Both the position numbers and the translations under genes were made by a program. Below are positions 39,504 through 52,100 of a DNA stretch of 64,000 nt, piece by piece. Source of the DNA: Paraspadella gotoi (lineage: Eukaryota; Animalia; Chaetognatha); contig CM119268.1 in NCBI GenBank assembly GCA_051294375.1, positions 2,386,724 to 2,450,723 on the forward strand, in the 5' to 3' direction. The notes under the pieces are model-generated. The model was not told the origin of the DNA. It ran no database searches and was given only the letters and a program-made list of their open reading frames with translations. The stretch's first letter is position 1. Each line of letters begins with the position of its first letter.

Positions 39504-41263
39504 GTGACTCTCACAAAAAAGTTCACATGCCTTCCTCGTGACGGACAATAAAATTGAAAGACAGATTAGATTTTTGAGTGAAAAGAATAAAGGAAATAAG
39601 TTCAGATGAGTCTTCTTCGAGTAGGACTCTGATTTGAGCGTAAGTTTTATTGTATATTAATGTATGTACTATGTACCAATGTATTGAAATCTATAGAAAG
39701 AAGCTTGTAATCATAAAGTTGTAGATTGCCGTCCTAATCTACATAGTTTATTGCTGCTATACTTTTTTTTTCACTTTTTTAAAAATTAAATCTACTATAA
39801 TTTTTCAATTAAGAGGAGAACAACATTTTCTTTCAAAGATTAATGTTTTTGATCCAAAGGATTGAAATAGATGCAAAGTAACACAATTTTCTCCACGCGA
39901 ATCGTCTCTTTCCCAATTTTCTTGTTTGAGGACGAATCAACTTGTTCCGTTTGTCGAGAATAATTTGTTATTTTGTGTTATCAAAATTCGCAGAAAAAAA
40001 CAACGAATATCTCACGCGATTTAGAAAAAACCTAATTCCACGGTGAAACCGAAACGTGACAGGCTGTAAAAGAAAGGAAGAAAGATAGAAAGAAAGAGAA
40101 AAGACAATAAGAAAGAAAGAAAGAGAAAGATAAGAAAGAAAGATAAAAGGAAAGAAAGAAGAAAGAAAGAAAGAAGAAAGAAAGAAGAACAACAAAAAAA
40201 TAAAACAACCAACAAAATAAAAAAACAAGGACAAACGAGGAAAAACCGCAAGGAAAACAAAACCACACCGCACACACCACCACCACACCACACCTCCACG
40301 CTCTCAATGAAGGACGAGTTAGTGATCGTTCGTCTCTCCGTCGTCGTTCTCGTTCGTCGTCGGTCGTTGCAGATGGAAACGATCGCCTCCTTGTTTCAGT
40401 AGTTACAACAAATTAGATATTTCCATGGTAGACAAACGAACGACTGCGATCGATCGTATGAGTGGACGACAACAACGGACGGAGCGACACTGGTCGATAT
40501 AAGAATTAAATATTTATGTAAATTAGTATCAGATGACTTTCGGATTACTAACGGTAAGATGTAAAGTAAGTAGTAATGTTAATGGTGAGTAATTAAGTAT
40601 GCTAGAAAAAAAAACAACTTTTTTCTGACATCAAGTCAAACATTAGAGAAATTTAATAAATTATACTCACAACGAGACCAAACGAATCTTAAAAAATAAT
40701 GTAAAAAAAAGTAGAGGAAAATAAAAAGTAATAAATAAAGAAAAAAAATCGAAAATAAGGAAAGATAAAAAAAGGAGAAGTAGAAGGCTAGAAGAGAATA
40801 ATTAAGGAAAAGGAAAAAGAAGAAACGAAAACCAAAGAAAGCTGAAAATAATCAGGGCATGGTGTCACCTGAATGAAACGGAAGGTGAAACCTAGTTAAT
40901 TCCTTTGCCAAGTTAAAATACCAATCCGTGGACAGAAACTCGAAATAATCCGGGATCGATCTTAAGATATTCGTCAGTCAAACCGTCAACCGGTAATCGG
41001 AGTTAATCTCTTATCAGGTATTAAGTGGAAAGTGGGTGGGGATATTTTGTGATAGGGAGAGTGAAAGGGGAAGACGGAAGGGTGGGGTTATCGGGGTTAG
41101 GTTGTTAGGTGTTAGGGGTGGAGGAGTGAAAGAGGGGAAAGTGCCGTTCGGTGGGCAGACGAAGGTTTCACCGGTCGACGACCCTCGTTTCCAATTCATT
41201 ACTTTCGTCGGAACAGCGGAAGAGTCTCGTAATCCGTTCGATATTTTACTAAGCCCGTCTCTC

Positions 41264-41346
<83 letters not shown>

Positions 41347-41484
41347 GTTCTCTGATTTCGACCTCGGTCCAAAGATCAAAGAGATTCCGATTGTCCTTCA
41401 TTCGAAAAACTGATCCTTCTTCTCTTCTTTCTCTTCTCTCTCTCTCTCTCTCTCTCTCCTCTCTCTCTTCTTTCTCTCTCTCTC

Positions 41485-42022
41485 GACAAAAGCAAAATAT
41501 ACCTTACTCGCCGAAAACCATTACCGGAACTAGAAATGCAACAAACAAGAAACAGCTACCATATTAATGTCAAGATATTGGAATGCTTGGTGCGCAAGAA
41601 CTATAATTCTACAATACATCAAAATCTGTGAAAAATGCAACAAGGAGATGATGAAGAACATAGACTTAATTATTGTATTAAATGGAATCATTTAAACTTT
41701 ATGTCCAATCGTGATTAAAATACCTTTTTCTGATAATACTTAAATAACATAGAAAAACTTAAGCATATCATGATTTCGGAATAGAGAGAGTGGAACGTTA
41801 AAAAAGGAAGGGGATCTATGTTGTAATACTGAAAATTTTAAAACTACTGTATATAATTAGTCACTTTGTAATTTTTTTTGTAATTATTTACATTTCCTTT
41901 AATGTACCATACATTTTGGGTTAATTATTTCTTTGATTACGGGGGGGGGCTCATTAACTGTTACATTGTTACTGTGGGGTTAAACATTACATTTTGAGCA
42001 TAAAAATCAAATCAAATCAAAA
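41485..42022 (+). mobile_element. 5'-truncated non-LTR retrotransposon (LINE) 3' end inserted in a (TC)n tract
   Basis: Absent from copy 1 (34630-34720). Frameshifted translation gives ILMSRYGML...KICEKCN..DDEEHRLNYCIKW, a C-terminal CCHC-type motif of LINE ORF2. It ends in an (ATCAA)3 tail and is flanked by (TC)n on both sides. Confidence 0.75.
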
Positions 42023-42300
42023 TCTCTCTTCTCTTCTCTCTTTCTTTTTCTCTCTCTGTTTCTTCTCTCTATTTTCTTTAATTTTGGAGTTTTCCCTTTG
42101 GATTCAATATAGTTCAAAAATAAATTAATTCTTGTCAAATATGGTAGTTATATTTTTAATTTTCAGATGTGTCACCTAATGTTTACTTATCAATGAAATA
42201 AATTTTATTTGTAAAATATATAACAATTCGATGAAAAAAAGCAAATCCTGTTTTTCTCAGCTTTTAACTAAGCCTTAGATATGAATAATGAACAAATTCC

Positions 42301-42379
<79 letters not shown>

Positions 42380-44044
42380 AAGTCGTCGAAACATTGTGTT
42401 CCCTAACACAAACAGAATTGATCCTTGACGCAAACAAATCAAGTTTCGTAACCAAGTAACAAATGGTTTCGAAAAAAATCAGAGTTGACCACCAGCGGTG
42501 CCAAGAATAGAACCTCGTCCCAATAAAATTAATATATTAATATATATAATATATATATATATTAAAAAAATTTTCACTCGGTTCAATTAATGAGATAATT
42601 CTGACTTGACTTTAAACAGTGCTTTGATAATGCTACGCTACTATGCTATGCTATGCTATGCTATTCTAACTTTTTAATAAACACCTGAAGCAAGTTTATC
42701 AATTCCTCCATGAACTAATTTGATCGTGGAATACTATTGTAATCAATATGAATGTTGAACTACCAATGTAAGTATATACAATTTTACAGTTGTTACACGT
42801 TATGGTTTATAATCAGGAATGGCATTGTTAGCTCACAGGTATATGAAACAGTTAACCCTTAGTTTTATTCTATTTCCCTTCCCGGATGTAATGAAGCACT
42901 CAAGGGTTAAAAAACTTAAAAGAATTCGAAAAATGAAAATGGATAATCAGTACTCGCCTTTTTTTCCCTTCTTTTTTTGACATCGGCTCAGATCCTAATC
43001 CGATACAATAATGAAAAATGACACGTAATATCGGATTTTAAAAAAAAGTTATTTTATTAATTATATAACGAAAACAAAAACCCGGAACTACACGAGAAAA
43101 AAAAATTCTTTCCTCGTTTGTTCTCGTCTCGTGTCAATCGATCGTCAAGTCAGTTTTTTTAAAAATATTTTAATTAATGCTTAACTTATATATCGATTTA
43201 TCATTCGCTCTAACGACAGTGTCGCTGATAAACAAGTCTTAACAAACGAAGCCGGATCTGCGAACGATCATTTAAAAGTAAGCAGTTGATCGGATGATAA
43301 GTTATGATTGTTCTTATCTGTATCATTATCATCATTATCCTTATTATCATTATCCTTATCTGTATCATTTCATTCATTGTTCATTCATTCGGTTGCGTTC
43401 ATTATGTTGGTTTTGGAATCAGATGTGTCTGTTGTTTTGGTAGTTGATTTTGTTATGGTGAATAAGCAACTTACGGTTGTTATGATTTTTATGAAGGTTT
43501 AAGTAGTTGTGGTAGTTTTGATGGTTATGGTATAAGTTGTGGTAGTGGTAATTTATATTACTGAACTAGTTATGGTTGTTGCATTAGGGTGTGCAAAATT
43601 TCTCAAGTTTCAAATATCTCAAAGAACATCTAACACAATTTGTGGAGGCCTAAAAAAGTAGGTTTCCACCAATCGCCATTAAAATTACTTCAATACCCTT
43701 AGCACTACCGGCGCTTGAAGGATTTTTGGCACACTTTGGATAAAATAACTGATTTTTGTGTCTGACTGTCTGTATGCGAAGAGGATTAAATGCCTTGCAT
43801 AATTTAACTCCGCGAAAAGTATTTTCATCACCCAAACAAGTTGAGCAAACAATTGTTAATTGTGGTTGTAATTGAGATATTGCAGTTGCAATGCTTGCAT
43901 TTACTTGAAAATAAAAGGAAAACAAGCATAATAAAAGTGGGAAACGGTTTTTAGTGGATCTGCTTATCAGCAGATACCCGACTCTATAACTCACTTTTTC
44001 GGTCCCGTCGTCCGCCCCCTCAATATTGTCAGGCACACACTTAT

Positions 44045-45135
44045 ATTCATGTCGAAACATCGAATTATGAAAATTATGCAAAAAAATGATGTCCTCCGTC
44101 GCTGTCCGTCCGTCCGTCCGTCCTCCGTACCGTCCGTCCCACCTTAAGCAAAAAAACACCAATTACTCGTGATTGGATGGATTGATTTAAAATGAAATTT
44201 GTGTGAGGATGGGTAAGTGTGTGAATTGAAGCTGGATATGAAGTTTCGATGAATTCGTCAGAGTGAAAATGAAGTTTAATGGAAAAAACAAAAAATATAT
44301 CACTTTTGAACACCAATTGCTCATGAGTGGAGGGCTGATTGACGCTGAACTTTTGTAAATGTGGGTATGGAAAGTGTGTGATTGAACAGGAAATCAAGTT
44401 TCGCATGGAATAGTTTTGAAGTGGAAAATAGTATTAAATGGATAAAAACAAAAAACTGTTTACTAATTGATTAATGCCTTCTTTTCCTTTTATATAAAAT
44501 GTATATGCAGATGTATTAAAAAAATCAATAAATAATGCAGTTAATTAATCAATTAGTAAATAAATTAATCCATAATTTAATTAATTAGTCAATCAATCCG
44601 TCCAATGCCGTCCATCTTAGCAAAAAGCTCCAATAACTCGTGATTGGCTGGTTGGATTGGAATTAAATTTTGTGTTGAGTAGGAAAGTGTGTGATAAACA
44701 GCTGGATATAAAGTTTCGATGGGAATCGTGTGATGGAAATTTAGTTCTTAAATGGAAAAACATAAGTCGAATTTACTAAAATCTTTTACTTATTTTAACC
44801 AATAAATACCTCTAAATTAATCATAATTGGATGGATAGGATTGAGTTGAAATTTTGTGTGTGGTGGAAAATGTGTGACGCAGCTTGATATAAGTTTCAGT
44901 GGAAACGTAACCAGGGAAATGATTAAAAATGAAAAAAATATGAGTCAATTTACTGAATCTTTTTATGATTTTAACCCATGAAGATTTGAGATAAATTTTG
45001 TGAGCCGTAGGAAAGTGAAGTGAAGAAGCTAGATATAAATTTGACGGAATGCAAGTTGAAAAAATTAATGCAAGTGAAAAAAATGAGCAAGTTAAAAAAA
45101 TCTTAAAAGCATAAGGATCGTCCGCTATTGCAATA
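44045..45135 (+). mobile_element. Helentron/DINE-like non-autonomous element with (CCGT)n microsatellite and ~5 diverged ~160-bp internal repeats
   Basis: (GTCC)n at 44095-44140. Units starting near 44155, 44310, 44628, 44820 and 44975 share AAATTT..GTG...GGAAAGTGTGTGA...GCTGGATAT.AAGTTTC. Termini are not resolved. Confidence 0.5.
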
Positions 45136-45239
45136 AAAAGAGAAGAGAGAGAGAAGAAAGAGAGAGTGAGAGAGAGAGAGAGAGTGAGAGAGAGAGAAAA
45201 GAGAAGAGTGAGAGAGAGTGGAGAGAGAGAAGGAGACAA

Positions 45240-45608
45240 AAAATAATATCTTAAAAAAGACTATATTGATCGAGCAGCCACTAAAAAGAAAATTAATTAA
45301 AAAACCGGAAAAAACGGAATGATCTATGCGATAACGAAGTTATTGATGTAATGGTGAATTGTATCTGATAAATCTAATGAAATGAGTAGATATATTATAT
45401 GAATGCGATGAAACTAAGTATTGATGCATGAATAATCCAATTAAATGATGCGAATACAGATAGTTTGATACATTGATCCTGATTCATGTATTGAATTATG
45501 TCATCTTATATATACACATTGAGTCGATGATTGTCATTCATCTGTCGCGATGATATTCATCAATAAAACGAAACAAATGCATGTATGAGATGAAAGAGAG
45601 AGAGAAAA

Positions 45609-45645
<37 letters not shown>

Positions 45646-45760
45646 AGAAAGAGAGAGAGAGCAGAAAGTGAGAGAAGAAAGAGAGAAAAAGAGAGAGAGA
45701 GAGAGAAAAGAACGAGAATAAATCCACGAAAATCTCGGATGAAAATTATGGGATTTTGTA
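45240..45760 (+). repeat. Dispersed direct repeat of 57680-58170
   Basis: Collinear match, including ATTGATCGAGC.AGCCA.CTAA.AAAGAAAATTAAT and TGTCGCGATGA..AAACAAATGCATGTATGA.TGAAAGAGAG. Confidence 0.75.
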
Positions 45761-46098
45761 TTGAAAAAAAGCGCGGAATAAAATCGTAATAATGAAAAGT
45801 TTTTAGAAGGAAAAAATAATCAGAATTTTTCAAAAAACAAAACGATCAACGCAAGAGATTCGACAGAGAGGACAGTCACACACAGAGAGAAAAAGAGAGA
45901 GAGAGACAGCGCTGCAGAAAAAAGAGAGAGAGAGAAGACTACAGCCCCTTTACTCCGTTAAAGAATCAGCAGTACCTATGGCGCCGGACGTAGCGTGAGC
46001 TCTTCTCTACCTCCAAAGGACCCGGGTTCGCACCCCTGTTCCGCCAGTCGTTTTTTACATTAGTGAGCACCACAATTATAGTCAATTTTTTTTTTGGG

Positions 46099-46165
<67 letters not shown>

Positions 46166-47006
46166 GCTGGACAGACCTGCAGAGCCGGCAACTCGTTTTT
46201 AGAACAATCAGAAGAAGCAGTGATGGAGAAAAAGAGAGAGAGAGAGAGCGACATTATATTTAAAAGAAAGAGAGAGAGAGAGCGACAATAATTAAAACAC
46301 GTTTTTGTTTTGTAAATAAAACATAAAAAATACGAATATTGATATGAAGCATGAGAATTTTAAAAGATCTTGATCTTAGAAGCCATATATGAAATTTCAA
46401 CTCCCTATGATATCAACTTTCCAGCAAGCCATGATGCAAAAAAGCGTGACGAAAGCGTAAAACCGATTAAAAAATCTAGACAGGAACGGGCTTGGCCCGC
46501 TGGCTCGATAATAGAGGATATTTGTTTGTTTTGATAAAATGAAACAAAAACATTTAATAAATGTTCCTGACTCAATTTGAAAGGACATCGATGATGACAA
46601 GCTGAATATAAGATTTTATAATTAATTATTAAAATTAAATTAATTAATTAAATCTATAAATTAATATTTAAATTAATCTAATTAATTAAATTAATTTATC
46701 GTAGGAGATCCACATTTGTTTCTCAAACTTGTTTTTTTTTTCTATTTAAACTTGAACGATTCCATCAAATCTATTATGGAACCTTCTCTACGAGTAGCAT
46801 GAAGACGACCGTAAACCGGAAAAGGAAAAATGAAAAAGTAAAAAATTGAAGTATGAAAAAATATCCTGTTCCGAGATTTAAGTCTCTTTACAAAGGGCAT
46901 TATCAAAATCACTGATATAAATATAAAAACAGGTGGAAACAAAGACTGAATGGAAATATAAGAAAAAAAAAGAAGAAAACTTTCCCCCTTCGCAAACTCC
47001 GACCCG

Positions 47007-47038
<32 letters not shown>

Positions 47039-49562
47039 TCGTTTTCATTTTCAAAGGCGGCGTCGTCGGCGTCGTTTTCATTTTCAAAGGCGCCGCGAGA
47101 ACTTCGTCATGGTGGCGACTTTCTCTCCGAGCGACTTGGTCGCCGTCCCGGGGGCAGAAGAAGTGAGAACGGGATAGGTGAAATGAATAGGGGTGTGTAA
47201 TAAGGCGTAGTAAAATTTCTAAATCTAAAATTATAAAAGTGAAGAACGAGCAACATTTTACTAATAAACATTTATGTATAAAAAAAAAATTTATAATAAA
47301 TTTTACAATTTACGCAGTAGGCTAATGTTAAAATTTCAAAACAGTTTTTTCTAAGATTTTTTTGCAGATTTGGATTCGTTAATAAAAGAAATATAATTCT
47401 TTTTGAAAAATTCCTTCAGTAAGTGGGTCAAAAATTAGAAAAAGCTATATTTTAAGCTGAAAATAAACTTTTTATATATTAAATATTGTTTTTTTTAATT
47501 TTTAACCCACTTAATGAAAAAAATTTTAAAAATGATTTATATTTTTTTTTATCAACTTCTGACGAGGAATTCAAATCTGCAATCAAAATTAAAAAAAAAC
47601 CTATTTTGAAATTTTTCTATTTTACAAGGATAGTACGATATATAAATATAGCCTACTGCAAAAATTAAAAAAACATAATTTTTTTTACAAATTAATGTTC
47701 ACTGATGGTATGTTGTTCATAATTAACTTTTAGAATTTCCATATGTAACTTTCACTATGCTCTAGTGTGTAATTGCAATACTACGATACAGCGTTAAATG
47801 GAGAGAATAACTAACAGGCATTACGTACATTTTCAAAAAAAATTGTGTAAAAACAATTTAAAACTCCTTTGTAATAGAACATGGAAAAAGTAAATAAAAA
47901 CAGTAACCTTCCAAAAAGTTATTTTAAGCTGAAAATTTAACTCAACAATATTTGTTTTTTAGGTCCCTAGCAATTGTGCCAACTTTTTTTATAGTGTTCA
48001 ATCTTTGCTCTTTGATATCAGTACTTTTAAAGCAGTTGTCATAAATTGGCGACGTCATTGAAATAATTATGGAGTTATTGGTAAGTGAACGTAAACAAAC
48101 GGCGATACTCAGTAGGCCGGAACAGGTTGAAAACTAGAAGTTCTCTCAAATAAATAATGGTTAAGTGACTGAGAATATGAAAATAAAAATAATTTTTAAA
48201 ATTTATTTTATTGATTAGCGCATTAGTATTAGCATTTAAAGATTATTTTATTACTATATAAAGTTTAACTTTTTATTAAATTTTTCAATTTTATTTAATA
48301 GATTCTGGTAGAGCTTTAAGAAAAAGGGTCATTCAATTCAACTTCAAAATAGGCCAAAATGGAGTACAAATTCAGAAAGCTAAGCTCCTGGCGATTCCGA
48401 AAATGTATTCACTTTAAACATTTGATGCATTCTACCCCATTTTATATCGGTTTTAATTATAATATAAAATAAAAGAAACCTATCTGAAGAGTTGCAGGTC
48501 AAACGAAAAGGCCAATCCATCTGATATTTTTTAAGAATTTTTTATTACTGAATTAGAAAAATGTAATAGAGAGACAACTTGTATCCTTGAAAATGAAATG
48601 TTTTTAAACTTTTAAACCCTGAATTCTTTTTAACTGGAACTCGTTTATCAAAATGTCTCTCTATTAAATTTTTACAAATGTTTTTTAAGATTGTATATCA
48701 AATTTTTAATTCAATATTATGCAGTCGTTTAGGCTGCAACTCTTCAAATTCAGTGTAGATTCATTGTAGCTCGAATTCCTTTACCATCTATTTAACTGAA
48801 GATTTTGTTCATGACTGGAAAACAAACAGAGTAACGAGATTAATTGTTTAATTCTACCCTTCTAACCCATCCGTGTTTTAACTTCTTACCTAGAATTTTT
48901 TAACAACCAATTGAAAAAAAATCTTAAAAAAATGTGCTTACCATTTTAACTTAACAATTTTGTTATTTACCATTTTAAAAAAAATGATTTAAAAACAGAA
49001 GTTTACATATAAATAAAAACTTATTTTTTTGTGATTACTGATGATTATAATGTATTTCCGATATATTAGCTCTAATATATCATGATTACGTATTGTTATG
49101 CTGAATGACCTTTCCTCTTAAAAGTTAGATAAAGGTTATTAATACAACTTTTTAAAATTTCTTCTGTTTTATTGATACAAATTTTTAAAAAACCATAAAA
49201 TTCAACCAAATGATGATATTTTAAGGTTTTTCTATTTTTAACCAATTTATTGTCAAAATTTAAAAAAAATTGTAGTCTAACTTTTATTTACTTTTCAATC
49301 TCTATAGGAATCCGTTCTTAAAAAATAAAATTAAAAAAAATTTTGTTTTTGTTTATATTAATAAATATTTAAAAGCTTCAGTGCAACAACCCAATGAACT
49401 AATTCAAAAAGTTACATTGAAAATCGATTAGTAATAAAAGGAAAAAAAAATTTTGAGAGAGACTAAAAGTATAAAAAAGTGTTCAATTTTGGCCCGCCTT
49501 AATACTCAGGTCTTAGGTCAAATAACCGCAATTTGAACAAAAAGAAGCATTAATATCAGGGG

Positions 49563-52100
49563 TTAAAATTTTTGCAGCAGTGAATCATGATTTTGGATAA
49601 AATCGTCAAACACCTTGGAAATGAGGAATTGATTGTTCAGTGAAAATTCTTTCCATTTTTCCGNNNNNNNNNNNNNNNNNNNNNNNNNNNNNNNNNNNNN
49701 NNNNNNNNNNNNNNNNNNNNNNNNNNNNNNNNNNNNNNNNNNNNNNNNNNNNNNNNNNNNNNNNNNNNNNNNNNNNNNNNNNNNNNNNNNNNNNNNNNNN
49801 NNNNNNNNNNNNNNNNNNNNNNNNNNNNNNNNNNNNNNNNNNNNNNNNNNNNNNNNNNNNNNNNNCACTTTTTCTATTTTAGGAAGTTCATTCATTTTGG
49901 CAACATAAGATACATTACATAAATTCATTAGTTCATGAATAGTTTCTTTTTTAAAATGTTGCCTCCAACTTTTTAAGTTGACAATGACCAACACGGAAAC
50001 AAAAAGCATGGTAAAAAAAACCGTGATCTTAATCAGTCTTATTTTTAGGATTTTTTTCAATGTTGAACATCAAGACAAAAGTCACTGTAATAATACAGTA
50101 CTGATTGATTCTTATATATATTAATATGTTTACGAGATTCTAAATAACTTTTTTCAATAAACTTATAATCTAGCTTAGAATCCTCAAAATTTTCGTTATG
50201 TATAAGATATTTTGAGTTTGTATGCTTCATATACCGAGCAAATTCCCTCGGCATTGTTCTAGAATAAATATGAGAAATATTGATATGACGAATAAAATAA
50301 TACAAATTTAAATAAAGTAAGGTTGCCATTGTACACTGCGATATAACCCTACAAAATAAATCTATCGCACTGTTTTGTAAGAAAAAAAAAGTTATAAGGT
50401 AAAACGAACCTAATAGAATATCTGAAAAAATAAGAAAAATTTTTGTGGCGTAATCTGGCTTTAGAACTAAGTAGTTTCCCAGCATATGATCAAGCTCTAA
50501 AAATGCTACATTCGTTTCTGGCCGGCTTTCAAACATTTCTTTAATTATTTCAGAACAGTTCGTCAATATTTCAATATTAAAAGCTTTCAATATTACAGTA
50601 ACGTCCTTCCATTTAGTCTGATCGATAATTCCGCCAAGAGTTGAGCACCAGCCGAATTCAAGCCTGAATAATCGCCACCTTGGGACGTTATCACTTTTCA
50701 AAAAAGACAATCCCCAATTTTCATGTTCGTTCAAAAGAGTCTGACTAATGTAATCGTGTTCTTCGATCATAAAAATTAGTGACATCAATGTTATATTAAT
50801 CATTAACGATATTGTCAACTGAAAATTTTTTATAATATCCTGCTTAAGTAATGCTTTATTTTTTAATACAGTCAAAATGATTTGTTTAATTTCTCCTGTT
50901 GTAAAAACCCGTAATATGATAAGCGGAGATAAAAATATCAACCAAATAGAAAGATTAAGCACATTTACAAAAAGTAAATACAAGAAAATTAGTAAACCAA
51001 TAAAATTTTGAAAGAAGCCCAGTGCGCAGTGCACAAATTTGATTTGTTTTGCTGTGGTAATAAATCCAGTTCTTACTTTCAAGTTATGGGAATAACGAAA
51101 TGCAATGGCAGCTTTCGCCAGACTAACCGTAGATAATGCCATCGAAAACAAAGTGAAATAGTCAGTAATAGACCAAAAGCACCATAATTTGATAACATTT
51201 AATTCCGTGTTCCATTTGAAGTTGTTTTTGTATATTGTTTGCCTAATGGTGAAAGGGATGTGCAGCTAGTTTTTAAAACACTCAAATACAATATTTTTTT
51301 CTACAAGGTAATCGTGGTCATTAAAAAAAATTAAACTTAATAAATGTTTTCCTTCACAAGAATGCACAGTACAATAAAAGAAATGCAATTGCTAGTTAAT
51401 TTAAAATTTAAACTTTTTTTATAACAAAATTTATTCTGCTATGTCTGCAATGATCTGTGGTAAAAATGACAAATACACAAGACTCATACCTTTGCTGTAT
51501 AGGGTAATGATAGCAAAAACAAACCCTTGACGTGTTGATCCAAGATCCTTCGTATAGTTTGTAAACCCATGCTTTTGGTTCTTTTTCTAAATAGAAACTA
51601 TACAGGATATGTTTTGTATTATAAAGACATAACTCATTTGTGTCTGAAGTCCATGACAAAATAGTTGCTCCCGTTTGAAGGACGAGTTGAGGCAAGTACT
51701 CGAGCGCTATGTTCAGGTAAAGGAGATTGTTTTCCAAGGTCGTTTTGAATTCGAGACGCAACAAATTTTCTTTTCCATCATTCAAATAAATCTGATCGAA
51801 GGTAAGATCCAATTTTAAAGGAATCATCCCTAATCCTGAGACCAAGAAAAGAGAAAAAGCTCCAACTTTCCAGGTTTGATCAAAGATTCGCTGGTAGAAA
51901 CTTCGGTTTCGATTCGTGAAGACCAGGACGTAAGTCGTGACAACCATGGAGTGAAACAAGAATATGGCCAAGAGCAGCCTTCCGACGTGGACCATGTAAA
52001 ATCGGGACATTCCTAAGAAACTGATTATGACTTTGATGTCGCTTATCACGTCAATTGTATCCATTAGGATGGCCAGAAAGTTTACCAAGACCAGTTTCAT
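49563..52100 (-). CDS. XK-related (XKR family) multipass membrane protein; exon 52100-51490, intron 51489-51243, exon 51242-50057, probably continuing past a frameshift to 49563
   Basis: TM1 has DTIDVISDI, then LEYLPQLVLQ (XK-family E-x-x-PQ-x-x-LQ) and SMALSTVSLAKA. Donor AAG|GTATGA and acceptor CCCTTTCACCATTAG|G join in phase 2. An overlapping downstream ORF begins at an A-run at 50060. Confidence 0.7.

Larger units (their letters stand above)
35600..42380 (+). repeat. Copy 2 of the direct duplication (indel-rich; fills gaps present in copy 1)
   Basis: Collinear with 28700-34979. Segments 38520-39005 and 39350-39610 correspond to the N gaps at 31577-32165 and 32509-32779. Confidence 0.9.

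Noticed and set aside
43300-43580. Possible Thr-rich mucin exon on the minus strand
   Set aside because: Degenerate (ATC)n/(GTT)n low-complexity sequence with stops and no clear splice sites.
43650-44406. ORFs of 170 and 110 aa
   Set aside because: They overlap repeat-derived sequence, have non-ATG or weak starts, and show no recognisable motifs.
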